Origin: Thermoplasmatota archaeon
GTDB taxonomy: Archaea; Thermoplasmatota; E2; JACPAO01; JAHFTW01
Length of the DNA: 64,000 nt
Assembly: GCA_041601615.1 (NCBI GenBank)
Contig: JBFIHX010000002.1
Location: forward strand, 32,001-96,000
Reading direction: 5' to 3'
Shown: piece by piece, positions 1 through 8,489 of the stretch
Layout of the letters: the number at the start of each line of letters is the position of its first letter
Position numbering within the stretch: the first letter of the stretch is position 1
Notes under the pieces: model-generated
What the model was told of the DNA's origin: nothing
The model's input: only the letters and a program-made list of their open reading frames with translations
Databases searched by the model: none
Program-made: the position numbers and the translations under genes

Positions 1-316
1 CGCCGCGAGGAAGACGAGTGTCGTTGCGGATGCGAAGAAGCGTGCCGCCTCGGCAGTGCACGGCCACTTCGACATCGCCGTCCTTGCACAGCGGCGATTC
101 GAGGAGGGCAAGGAGTGTGTAGTGCGTGATGTCCGGGCGGCCGCGTCGCTCGCCTTCAGGCAAGAGCTTGCAGGCTTGGCGGTGCTGGTTCTGGTCCAAC
201 AGCAATTCTCCCGGGCGGCGCCCTTGGAGCTTGGCGTGTGCGCGCACCTGCGGGTGGCCGGCGACGGCCTCGGGGACCAGTTCGAGTTCTGCGTCTGCCA
301 GGATGAACCGGAGCAC
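1..316 (-). CDS. nep1: 16S rRNA pseudouridine N1-methyltransferase Nep1/EMG1 (5' part; runs off window)
   Basis: Absent from the ORF track. Manual translation from GTG 316: MLRFILADAELELVP...RRGRPDITHYTLLALLESPL...VHCRGG...DTRLPRG, matching Nep1 RPDI-H, SPL and RLPR motifs. Confidence 0.85.
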   Translation of the reverse strand, partial: MLRFILADAELELVPEAVAGHPQVRAHAKLQGRRPGELLLDQNQHRQACKLLPEGERRGRPDITHYTLLALLESPLCKDGDVEVAVHCRGGTLLRIRNDTRLPRG

Positions 317-392
317 GGGCAGCGCGAGACGGATGGGGGATTTGGTGCTGTCGCGCAACAAGCGTTATGTCCGTCCGCCACCAGACCCAATC

Positions 393-569
393 GTGGCCTT
401 CTCCAAGTTCGATCCCCACGCACCCCAAGCGGACGAGGACGAAGAGGAATTCAGCTCCGAAGGCGCTCGGCGCCGCGCCTTGCTTTTACGCTGGGGCTGG
501 GCCATCAGCATGATCTACACCGCCATCGGCTTCGGGTTCATCCTGTACTGGATTGCCACGGACGCCTAG
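393..569 (+). CDS. Small single-TM membrane protein (~58 aa)
   Basis: C-terminal part of ORF 126..569; acidic stretch then hydrophobic WGWAISMIYTAIGFGFILYW; GTG start inferred. Confidence 0.55.
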   Translation: MAFSKFDPHAPQADEDEEEFSSEGARRRALLLRWGWAISMIYTAIGFGFILYWIATDA

Positions 570-639
570 CCGAGAAGGCCATTCGAAGGGAAGAGAAGCG
601 GAAGAGCAGGGGGAAGGTGGGAACAGGGGTCGCTTGACC

Positions 640-678
640 CTACACCAATTGAGCGAGCTTGGGCAGAATCTTGCACAG
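640..678 (-). repeat. Diverged duplicate of the last 12 codons plus stop of etfA
   Basis: 639-665 cctacaccaattgagcgagcttgggca vs 738-764 cctacaccaattcagcgagcttgggca; LCKILPKLAQLV* vs LYKVLPKLAELV*. Confidence 0.8.
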
Positions 679-738
679 CGACCGCAAGCCGTCGATGCTT
701 CGGGCGGCACGCGCAAAGCGCGGCCACCCAGAGCGAAC

Positions 739-1587
739 CTACACCAATTCAGCGAGCTTGGGCAACACCTTGTAGAGATCGCCCACGATGCCGTAGTCGG
801 CAATCTGGAAGATCGGCGCGTCCTTGTTGGTGTTGATGGCGACGATCAGCTTGCTGCCGCGAATGCCCGCAACGTGCTGGATTTGGCCGCTGACGCCGGC
901 TGCAAAGTACACCTTGGGCTTGATCTCGTGGCCGCTGAGGCCGATCCAGTGCTCTTCGCCGAGCCACTTCAAGTCGGCTGCGACGGGGCGGCTGCATCCA
1001 ACGGCGCCGCCGGGCAGTTTCTTGGCGAGTGCTTCTGCGAGTCCGATGTCTTCCTTGGACTTGAAGCCGCGTCCAACGCCTACGACGTAGTCGGCGCCGG
1101 TGAGGTCGAAGTCGTGGTCGGCGCTGCCTTCGGTTCCGGTGACGGTGACGGTGCTGGCTTCGGCTTGCAGCTTGATTTCCGTGCCGCCGACGTCTTCGGT
1201 TGCTTCGAAGGTGCCGGGGGTTGCGGTGAGAACGGCTTGCTTGCCGACGGTGTAGGTCGCCATGCTGTTGCCGGAGAGCACCATGCGCTGAACCGTGAGG
1301 CCGTCGGCGCCGGATGTGATGCTTTGCACTTCGGCGGCGTAGGGCCAGTCGAGGTGGGCCGCGAGGCGGGGGGCCACGTCCTTGCCGAGTTTGCTGGCGC
1401 CCACGATGACCACGTCGATGTTGTGTTCCTTGACGGCGGTGGCGATGGCGCGGGCTATGGTGCTGGGGTCGGCGTCGGGCAGGCCGCTGCGGTCCACTTT
1501 GAAGTGGGTGCCGAGGGTTTGGGCTTGTTTGCGTACTTCCATGCAGAGATGGTCGTTGTCCGACCAGCCGAGGACGTTCGGGCTCAC
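739..1587 (-). CDS. etfA: Electron transfer flavoprotein alpha subunit
   Basis: VGVGRG, GCSRP, IGLSG, GVSGQIQHVAG, AINTNKDAPIFQIADYGIVGDL motifs. Confidence 0.95.
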   Translation of the reverse strand: MSPNVLGWSDNDHLCMEVRKQAQTLGTHFKVDRSGLPDADPSTIARAIATAVKEHNIDVVIVGASKLGKDVAPRLAAHLDWPYAAEVQSITSGADGLTVQRMVLSGNSMATYTVGKQAVLTATPGTFEATEDVGGTEIKLQAEASTVTVTGTEGSADHDFDLTGADYVVGVGRGFKSKEDIGLAEALAKKLPGGAVGCSRPVAADLKWLGEEHWIGLSGHEIKPKVYFAAGVSGQIQHVAGIRGSKLIVAINTNKDAPIFQIADYGIVGDLYKVLPKLAELV

Positions 1588-2351
1588 AGGGCGCCCTCCT
1601 TCTTGAGTGCGGCCACAAGTTGTTCGGCGGCGTCGTCGCCTTCGAGCATGATGCGCTTGCGGTCTTGCTTGGGGGCCTTGTTGGCGACCATCACCATTTG
1701 GCGGGCAAATTGCTCGGGCTTGAGGCCCAAGTCGTCGATGGTCTTCTGGTGGATGGGCTTCTTGCCGGCTTGCAGGATTTGCATGAGGGCGGGCAGGCGC
1801 GGGTGGTTGATTTCGTCGTTCATGGTCGCGGCGACGGGCAGCGGAACTTCGACGATCTGGCTGGGGTCGCCGTCGCGCACGGCCTTGAGTTTGCCGTCTT
1901 CCACGCCGATGATTTTCTGGGTGTTGTAGAGGCTGGGCATGCCGAGCAGGGCGGCGACGCGGGAGCCCACTTCGCCGGCTCCGAGGTCGATGCTGACTTC
2001 GCCGGCAAAGACGAGGTCTGCGCCGCCGTCGGCTTTGATGGCTTCCGAGAGGGCAAGCGCGGTGCCGCGTCCGTCCGTCGGGGGGCCGAGGACGACGACT
2101 GCTTCGTCGCAGCCCATGGCGAGTGGTTCTTTGATGAGGTTGGCGCCGTTGGGGCCGGGGTTGTAGGTGTAGGCGACGATGGTGTCGGCTTGCCCGGCTT
2201 CCTTGATCTTCACGGCCGCCTCGATGGCGTGCTTGTCGAAATCACTCACCTTCCACGGCAGGCCGTCCATCTTGGGGGCCTGGGTGGCGGGGTCGATCTT
2301 GAGTTGGCTCACGTCGGGAGCCATCTTGACGAGTACCGCGATGCGCGTCAT
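1584..2351 (-). CDS. etfB: Electron transfer flavoprotein beta subunit
   Basis: VLVKMAPD, DKHAIEAA, LAMGCD, GEVSIDLGAGEVG, INHPRLP; overlaps etfA start. Confidence 0.95.
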   Translation of the reverse strand: MTRIAVLVKMAPDVSQLKIDPATQAPKMDGLPWKVSDFDKHAIEAAVKIKEAGQADTIVAYTYNPGPNGANLIKEPLAMGCDEAVVVLGPPTDGRGTALALSEAIKADGGADLVFAGEVSIDLGAGEVGSRVAALLGMPSLYNTQKIIGVEDGKLKAVRDGDPSQIVEVPLPVAATMNDEINHPRLPALMQILQAGKKPIHQKTIDDLGLKPEQFARQMVMVANKAPKQDRKRIMLEGDDAAEQLVAALKKEGAL

Positions 2352-2414
2352 GCAAGGCGGCGACTCGGGGGAGTGGGAAAAGGGCTGCGCAGCAACGTGC
2401 GCGCGTTTGGCGTT

Positions 2415-2612
2415 CTAGACGCAGGTGCTGGCCCAGTCGCGGATGGCCGTGTTGTAGTAGCACAAGGCGTACCCTGCGGCAGCATCGCCAATGACACAGG
2501 CGGTTGGTGGGTCGTAGAACATGTCGCAGACGGGTCCGGCGCTGGCGGTGGGCGCGACGGCGACGGCTCCAAGGAGGAGCAGGCTTGCGAGGAGGATGGT
2601 TTTTGTCTTCAT
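2415..2612 (-). CDS. Small secreted 4-Cys peptide, array member 1 (65 aa)
   Basis: Signal peptide MKTKTILLASLLLLGAVAVAPTASA; mature GPVCDMFYDPPTACVIGDAAAGYALCYYNTAIRDWASTCV; GTGA SD-like site. Confidence 0.8.
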   Translation of the reverse strand: MKTKTILLASLLLLGAVAVAPTASAGPVCDMFYDPPTACVIGDAAAGYALCYYNTAIRDWASTCV

Positions 2613-2694
2613 TGGATCACAGGCCCAGGGGCCTTGCGTGCATTGGGCCAAGGTGCTTGAGGTTGATTGGGGACGAATGATGAAGGAACCCCGG

Positions 2695-2802
2695 GCTCGT
2701 CTTCCGGGGCTTGCCGCGCACTCGCTCTGCCTCATGGCCGGAGTCGAATTTTCTCTGGTTCGCGTCAGGCGTCCGCGACTCAAGGACCGCGGCTCTCGCC
2801 GT
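2695..2802 (-). pseudogene. Decayed copy of the etfB 5' end (~36 codons, ATG mutated to ACG)
   Basis: TARAAVLESRTPDANQRKFDSGHEAERVRGKPRKTS vs EtfB MTRIAVLVKMAPDVSQLKIDPATQAPKMDGLPWKVS; 17-bp exact upstream copy (2374-2390 = 2824-2840). Confidence 0.75.
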
Positions 2803-2861
2803 GCAGGCGGCCGCAGAAGAAGTTGGGAAAAGGGCTGCGCCAAGGCGCGTGGTTTGCGGCC

Positions 2862-3062
2862 TTAGAGGACGCAGCTGTTGACCCAGCGGCGGGGCGCCGT
2901 CTCGTAGAAGCAGAGGACATTGGCTACTGCTGCATCGCCGATGGTGCATCCGGGGGGAGGGTATTCGAACATCTCACAGACGACTCCGGCGCTAGCGGAG
3001 GGAGCAACGGCCACAGCTCCAAGAACGAGCAGGCTGGCGAGGAGGATTGTTTTTGCTTTCAT
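2862..3062 (-). CDS. Small secreted 4-Cys peptide, array member 2 (66 aa)
   Basis: MKAKTILLASLLVLGAVAVAPSASA + GVVCEMFEYPPPGCTIGDAAVANVLCFYETAPRRWVNSCVL; GGTGA SD. Confidence 0.8.
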   Translation of the reverse strand: MKAKTILLASLLVLGAVAVAPSASAGVVCEMFEYPPPGCTIGDAAVANVLCFYETAPRRWVNSCVL

Positions 3063-3155
3063 GATTTCACCGACCCCTAAGGAGTCTTGAGGCGATTGAC
3101 ACATCGGGCTTCAAGTTGATTCGGGATGAGTGGGAAGAGGACTGAACAGATTTGC

Positions 3156-3362
3156 TTAGCTCAGGCAGAGGTAGAGCCAGAAGCCGGGCTTCTCGCTCAG
3201 GAGGCACGCTGCGAGGTGGGCGGTGTCGTCCACGTCCGAACAGGCGCCGCGCACGGCGGCAGAGGGAGACTCGCAGTGGATGTGGTCGGCGCTGGCGGCA
3301 GGGGCTACCGCGATGGCGCCAAGCAGCAGGAGGCTTGCGACGAGGATTGTTTGCATTTTCAT
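3156..3362 (-). CDS. Small secreted 4-Cys peptide, array member 3 (68 aa)
   Basis: MKMQTILVASLLLLGAIAVAPAASA + DHIHC...C...CLLSEKPGFWLYLCLS. Confidence 0.8.
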   Translation of the reverse strand: MKMQTILVASLLLLGAIAVAPAASADHIHCESPSAAVRGACSDVDDTAHLAACLLSEKPGFWLYLCLS

Positions 3363-3457
3363 AGTATCACGGACCGTTCAGGTCGTGCGAACATTCGTGG
3401 CTGGTCCTTGAGGTTGATTGGGGATGAATGGAAAAGATGGGTGCGGGCTGGAGTCCT

Positions 3458-3673
3458 TTACGCGCACTGGTCCCAGTAGGCAGGAGCTGTGTAGTAGAGG
3501 CAGTCGGCGGTGCCGAGGGCGAGATTGACGCCGCCTCGGGCCGTGTCGAGGGCGGTGTTGCAGGTCGACGTCACATCCGGGATGGTGGAGACGCATTGGG
3601 TCGCCGTGGCGCTGGGTGTGGCCACGAGGACGAGGGTCAGAAGCAGGCCTGTCAGAAGGATGGCGGTTCGCAT
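3458..3673 (-). CDS. Small secreted 4-Cys peptide, array member 4 (71 aa)
   Basis: MRTAILLTGLLLTLVLVATPSATA + TQC...C...CLYYTAPAYWDQCA; AGGTGA SD. Confidence 0.75.
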   Translation of the reverse strand: MRTAILLTGLLLTLVLVATPSATATQCVSTIPDVTSTCNTALDTARGGVNLALGTADCLYYTAPAYWDQCA

Positions 3674-3838
3674 AGAGTTCACCTAGATCGCTTCAAAGCG
3701 ACCGCAACGCCATCAACACCATATTGTTTAAGTTTTGTAGATTTTATAGTATTTATTGAAATTTTATGACTGTGCCCGCTCGCAGCATCGGCCCAATACA
3801 GCCAATCCTTTCATCAAGGGGCCTCTAATGTACATATT

Positions 3839-5536
3839 ATGGTTACGAAGACGGGTCTTGCCCTCTCGGGCGGCGGTTTCCGTGCGGCATTCTACCACGT
3901 CGGCGTCTTAGCACGTCTTGCTGACGAAGACCGGCTTCGTTCCGTCGAAGTAATTTCAGCCGTAAGCGGAGGCAGCATCGTCGCCGCCCTCTACGGACTG
4001 CACCTTCGTTCCGTGCTCGAGTCGAAGCCGGACAAGGAAATCACGCGAGCAGACTACCAAGACGTTGTCTGGAAGGTCGGACACAGTCTTCGCCGTGGCG
4101 TGCGCCGCAACCTGCGCATGCGCATCTTTGCCAACCCGTTTGCCAGCCTCATGATGCTGCGGCCTGACTATACGCGAAGCGACCGCATGGCCCAACTCTA
4201 TGAGCGCCACTTGTACCGAGGGCTCGGCAGCAACAATCCTGTGCGAATGGAAGATCTACTCGTGCATCCACCTGGCGCGCCGAAGTTTGACCCCGAAAAA
4301 CACAATGCCAATCGCACCGCCAAAGTGCCTATCACTCTCCTGAATGCGACGGTTCTGAACACAGGCCACAATTGGCGCTTCGAGGGCACCCGCATGGGCG
4401 AGCCCCCCATTGTATCCCAGCGCGGACAAATCATACAGCGCGTCGACAAAAACATGCGCCTGGAGCGCGCCGACTCGTACGCAAAGCTGCCCGCCAGACC
4501 CCGACCAAACTATCCTGAATTTCCGCTCAAGTACGCAGTGGCCGCCAGTACCGCCGTTCCCGGCATTTTTGCCCCGCTGAGCCTGAGTGGCCTCTATCCG
4601 AAACTCCGCGTCCAACTTGTGGACGGAGGCGTCCACGACAACCAAGGTTTGCAAGGGCTGCTCGACCACGACTGCACCCACTTTTTGGTCAGCGACGCAA
4701 GCGGCCGACTGGAGGACAAATCACATCCCGCCTCAAACATTCTTGGCGTCCTCCCGCGTTCCAACAGCGTCATGGCCGACCGGATGCGCGAAGAGCAACT
4801 CGTCGATTTGCTCGAACATCACGCCCCCGATGACAACCTTGCAAGCCTGCTGGAGGACGTAACCCCGCCGTTTGTTCCGTACATTGGAAGCGACACGCCT
4901 GCCGTGCCCCGTAGCGACCCCGACCAACGCGCCCTCGCCGGCATTCGCACGGACCTAGACGCATTCCACGATGTGGAGGCATACGCATTGGCGCGAAACG
5001 GCTACCAAGCCATGGGCACCACACCGGGAATGCCGGCAGACCATGCCGCATGGCCATTCCTGCGCGTTGGAGAAGTCCCCGAAAAGAAGCGGATGCGACT
5101 CCTGCGCCTGGGAGCAAGCAAAATCGCCAAACCATTCCGGGTCAACGACGGCATGAAGGTCCTTGGAATCGCCTTGATTCTCCTTGCAATCGCAGGCGGG
5201 GTCGCTGCCGGTTCGGCCATCGGCTGGCGCAACATCTTCGGCCTACCTGGACTGGCGGCGGCAGGCGCTGTGCTCCTGTACGCGCTTTTGGTTGTGCTCG
5301 TGCAGCAATACGTCCCCAACCACGGCCTCGGTGCCTGGGTGCGCGGCATCGTGCGTGGCATCCCCGGCGTGCCTCTTGCCATCGTGGGCATGATCCTCTC
5401 CAATGGCTACCTGTGGTTCCTGAACGGCATCTACCTTCGAGCGGGTGCCGTGCCCGGAGGCGAGTGGTCCGAGAGCATCAATGCCGTCGCCAGCTCCACC
5501 GAGGCCCACGCTTCGCCCGCGACAGCATCGTCATGA
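3839..5536 (+). CDS. Patatin-like phospholipase with C-terminal TM helices
   Basis: ALSGGGFRA, SAVSGGS nucleophile, LVDGGVHDN; about three hydrophobic segments at the C-terminus. Confidence 0.9.
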   Translation: MVTKTGLALSGGGFRAAFYHVGVLARLADEDRLRSVEVISAVSGGSIVAALYGLHLRSVLESKPDKEITRADYQDVVWKVGHSLRRGVRRNLRMRIFANPFASLMMLRPDYTRSDRMAQLYERHLYRGLGSNNPVRMEDLLVHPPGAPKFDPEKHNANRTAKVPITLLNATVLNTGHNWRFEGTRMGEPPIVSQRGQIIQRVDKNMRLERADSYAKLPARPRPNYPEFPLKYAVAASTAVPGIFAPLSLSGLYPKLRVQLVDGGVHDNQGLQGLLDHDCTHFLVSDASGRLEDKSHPASNILGVLPRSNSVMADRMREEQLVDLLEHHAPDDNLASLLEDVTPPFVPYIGSDTPAVPRSDPDQRALAGIRTDLDAFHDVEAYALARNGYQAMGTTPGMPADHAAWPFLRVGEVPEKKRMRLLRLGASKIAKPFRVNDGMKVLGIALILLAIAGGVAAGSAIGWRNIFGLPGLAAAGAVLLYALLVVLVQQYVPNHGLGAWVRGIVRGIPGVPLAIVGMILSNGYLWFLNGIYLRAGAVPGGEWSESINAVASSTEAHASPATASS

Positions 5537-5559
5537 ACACCCTGCGCGTCGCCCCCGCC

Positions 5560-6036
5560 ATGAGCACCGTCGAATCTCGCATCCAGGCCCTCGGACACTC
5601 CGTCCCCGCGCCCCCCGTTCCGGCCGCCAACTACGTGCCGTGGACCCGCAGCGGCAACACGGTGTACGTGGCAGGCCAGATCCCGACGATTGCAGGCAAG
5701 GTGCAGGCGACCGGAAAAATCGGCCCCGGCGGAGCCCACGATCTAGCGGCGGGCCAGGACATCGCCCGCATGTGCGCCCTCAACGTGGTCGCTGTCTTGA
5801 AGACCGCAGCCGAGGCGAACGGGAAGTCCCTCGACGATTTGCGCGTGGTACGCATGTCCGCCTACGTCAACGCCGCGCCCGGATTCACAGACATCCACGT
5901 GGTGACCAACGGAGCCAGCGACCTGATTGCCAAGGCATTCGGCGAGCATGGCATCCACGCACGCTCCGCCGTGGGTGTTGCCGAGTTGCCGCTGGACGTG
6001 CCGTTCGAGGTTGAGGCAATCGCCGAATTCCTCTAA
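5560..6036 (+). CDS. RidA/YjgF/UK114 family protein
   Basis: ANYVP, VAGQIP, NGASDL, HARSAVGVAELPLDVPFEVE. Confidence 0.9.
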   Translation: MSTVESRIQALGHSVPAPPVPAANYVPWTRSGNTVYVAGQIPTIAGKVQATGKIGPGGAHDLAAGQDIARMCALNVVAVLKTAAEANGKSLDDLRVVRMSAYVNAAPGFTDIHVVTNGASDLIAKAFGEHGIHARSAVGVAELPLDVPFEVEAIAEFL

Positions 6037-6044
6037 GCGCCGAG

Positions 6045-6776
6045 CTACCAGTAGAACCCGTAGTTGTACTCGCAGGCTCCCTCGCAGGTCACGAGCAGGT
6101 TCCACGTTCCGGCCGGCAACGCGTCGTCGTCGCCAGCTTCCACTTGGAAGGCTAGGTCCATGTCGTCCATGCTGACGCCGGGGAACCGCAGGCTTGCAAA
6201 GCTGTCGCCGTCGCTGTCGGTGATGGTCATGCGGTACCAGTCGTCGGGAGCATAGGCACTGACACGGTAGCGCAGCCTTTCAACGCCTTCGGGCAACTCG
6301 AAATCGTGGCTGCCAAATTCGTCATCAAGCGAACCATCGAACCGAGCATCTGCGTCCCGGTAGCGCAGGTTCAGACCCGTAATCTCAGGAAGCGAGCCAT
6401 TTTCCTCGCGGGCGACACTGAAGTCGCACGGCCCGCCGCACTCCACATCCACCCGCACTTCCCCCGAATACTCCGGCGAGAACGCGTTCCAGTGCAGGCC
6501 TCGAATGTGCACTTCGGCCTCATCCATGCCGAGGTTGCCTTCGATCATCCCAGACCGGCCATACACGGCCATGTTGAATCCATCCGGGCTGTCGGCGGAT
6601 ATGCGCCAAACGGCCGGCCCCGCAAGCACCGTCCCATCGTAATCGATGTCGGCGGCCACATCCAAATGATCTGCCCACCGCTGTTCGGCACCCATGAACT
6701 GAGCACTGGCATCAAATCCCGCTGTGGCACAACCAGAAAGGACGACAAACAGGAGCCCTACCACGAGTACACGCAT
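6045..6776 (-). CDS. Hypothetical lipoprotein
   Basis: Lipobox VLSGC after a hydrophobic N-terminus; two beta-rich halves ending VECGGPCDF and VTCEGACEY. Confidence 0.7.
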   Translation of the reverse strand: MRVLVVGLLFVVLSGCATAGFDASAQFMGAEQRWADHLDVAADIDYDGTVLAGPAVWRISADSPDGFNMAVYGRSGMIEGNLGMDEAEVHIRGLHWNAFSPEYSGEVRVDVECGGPCDFSVAREENGSLPEITGLNLRYRDADARFDGSLDDEFGSHDFELPEGVERLRYRVSAYAPDDWYRMTITDSDGDSFASLRFPGVSMDDMDLAFQVEAGDDDALPAGTWNLLVTCEGACEYNYGFYW

Positions 6777-6884
6777 GACACCCAAGCCCGTATCGTCCCA
6801 CTTGAATGTTCTGGGCCGAATGCCGTCTCGAGGAGCAAGCGTCAAGTGCCCGAGGGCTGATATGTTCGAGGTCAAGGTGAACCC

Positions 6885-8015
6885 ATGCCATTTGTCCGTT
6901 CTGATGACGAGGCCCTGATTGAACAGGTCGTAACCGAATTCGCCCGCGACCAAATCGGCCTCGACGCAGCGGCCGACCTCGACCGGCACGACCGATTCCC
7001 CACCGATTTCGTCGCAGCCTCTGCCCAACTTGGGCTTGCAGGCGTCACGCTCACGGAAGCCGAAGGAGGCGCCGGAGCCGGGCCCACCGCCTACGTGTTG
7101 GCCCTGTCTGCCCTCGCCGCAGTTTGCCCCAACACTGCAGCCGTCCTTGCCACTCATAACGGCATGGGCCTCCGCTTGCTTGCAGAAGCCGGCAACCAAC
7201 CGACGCTCCTTGCCGCAGCAGCCAGCGGCGAACTCGTGTGCACCCTATCAACCGAGGAAGCACACGGCGGCGACAAGACACGCCTTGGCACCGTCGCGGT
7301 TCCCGACCCTGGCCCCGACGGCGGCTGGCGCATCACCGGCATGAAGGTCTGGGGACTCGCCGCCGAAGGAGCCCGACATTTTCTGGTGCTTGCCCGCACC
7401 GACGACGGCCCCACTTGGTTCGTGGTCCCTGCCGACGCACCCGGGCTCGTCATTGGCCACAACGAACCATTGCTGGGTCTGCGAGCAAGTGGCATCCGAA
7501 CCGTCTACCTTACCGAAGTCCAAGTCCCCGCCGACGCCGTGGTGGGCGCACCCGGACAAGCGCTCCCGCTCATGGACAAGGCACGCCCGTGGCTTCAACT
7601 CGGAGCCGCCGCATGCATCGTGGGCGCCGTCCAAGGCGCGCACACCGCCGCCACTGCATTTGCCGAGTCCCGCGTGCAGTTTGGCAAACCCATTGCCATG
7701 TTCCAAGCCGTCAGCGACGCCGTGACCGAAGTGGACATGACCCTCGCCGCCGCCCGCGCCCTCGTCCTGGAAGCCGCCGCGCATCTGGATGCACCCGACG
7801 CCGCCTTATGGGCCGCGCGCGCCAAGGGATTTGCCGCCGACGCCGCCATTCCACTGACACGCCGCAGCATCCGCATCCAAGGCGGCACCGGATTCATGCG
7901 CGAAGGAGGCACCGAGCGATTCGCCCGCGACGTGCGAGCGCTTCAGTTCGTGGGCGAACCACCGTTTGCGGCCCGGGAGATCATGAAGAAGGCAGTGCTT
8001 GATGTGGCGTGGTAG
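6885..8015 (+). CDS. Acyl-CoA dehydrogenase
   Basis: STEEAHGGD, ITGMKVW, LGLRASG, SRVQFGKPIAMFQAV, QGGTGF, RDVR. Confidence 0.93.
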   Translation: MPFVRSDDEALIEQVVTEFARDQIGLDAAADLDRHDRFPTDFVAASAQLGLAGVTLTEAEGGAGAGPTAYVLALSALAAVCPNTAAVLATHNGMGLRLLAEAGNQPTLLAAAASGELVCTLSTEEAHGGDKTRLGTVAVPDPGPDGGWRITGMKVWGLAAEGARHFLVLARTDDGPTWFVVPADAPGLVIGHNEPLLGLRASGIRTVYLTEVQVPADAVVGAPGQALPLMDKARPWLQLGAAACIVGAVQGAHTAATAFAESRVQFGKPIAMFQAVSDAVTEVDMTLAAARALVLEAAAHLDAPDAALWAARAKGFAADAAIPLTRRSIRIQGGTGFMREGGTERFARDVRALQFVGEPPFAAREIMKKAVLDVAW

Positions 8016-8036
8016 GAAACCCCCTTCAACCGCGCC

Positions 8037-8480
8037 ATGCTCCGAGCCCATGTGTCCGAATCCCCCGTCACCGAGCAGATGGAGGAATACCTTGAGACCA
8101 TCTACCGCATGGAGGAGGACGGCAAGGTTGCTCGCACGGGCGAAGTCGCCCGCCAATTGGGCGTGGCGCCGCCTTCCGTAACGGACATGCTCCAAAAATT
8201 GGAGAAGGCCGGTCTCGTGGTGTACGAGCCTTACAAAGGGGTCAATTTGACCAGCGAAGGGCGCGACGTGGGACGCCGACAATTGGAGAAACACCGCGTC
8301 ATGCAGGCATTTTTGCAGGAAGTCTGCGGCATGGGCAAGGACGAAGCACACGACGCAGCGTGCGACATGGAGCACAGCATCCCGGATGCCCTGGACGCTT
8401 GGATTCGCAACTACCTTGAAGGCCAAATGGGGCGTCCATTCGACACGACGCGCAAGGTCAAAGAGCAAATCGCCGAGTAG
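8037..8480 (+). CDS. DtxR/MntR family metal-dependent repressor (no FeoA/SH3 domain)
   Basis: EEYLETIY, HTH VARQLGVAPPSVTDMLQKL, KHRV, HDAACDMEH (DtxR HDEACRWEH). Confidence 0.92.
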   Translation: MLRAHVSESPVTEQMEEYLETIYRMEEDGKVARTGEVARQLGVAPPSVTDMLQKLEKAGLVVYEPYKGVNLTSEGRDVGRRQLEKHRVMQAFLQEVCGMGKDEAHDAACDMEHSIPDALDAWIRNYLEGQMGRPFDTTRKVKEQIAE

Positions 8481-8489
8481 CCCCACGCG

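Larger units (their letters stand above)
2656..3436 (-). promoter_or_regulatory. Conserved ~30-bp upstream motif, three copies (2656-2685, 3109-3138, 3407-3436)
   Basis: Plus strand cttgaggttgattggggacgaatgatgaag / cttcaagttgattcgggatgagtgggaaga / cttgaggttgattggggatgaatggaaaag, 44-47 bp upstream of peptide genes 1-3. Confidence 0.7.

Noticed and set aside
2415-3673. CRISPR-like array or RiPP cluster
   Set aside because: Repeats are protein-coding paralogs with irregular 295-450 bp spacing; no cas genes, modification enzymes or peptide exporter.
3839-5536. CBASS CapV effector
   Set aside because: No CD-NTase or other CBASS gene in the window.
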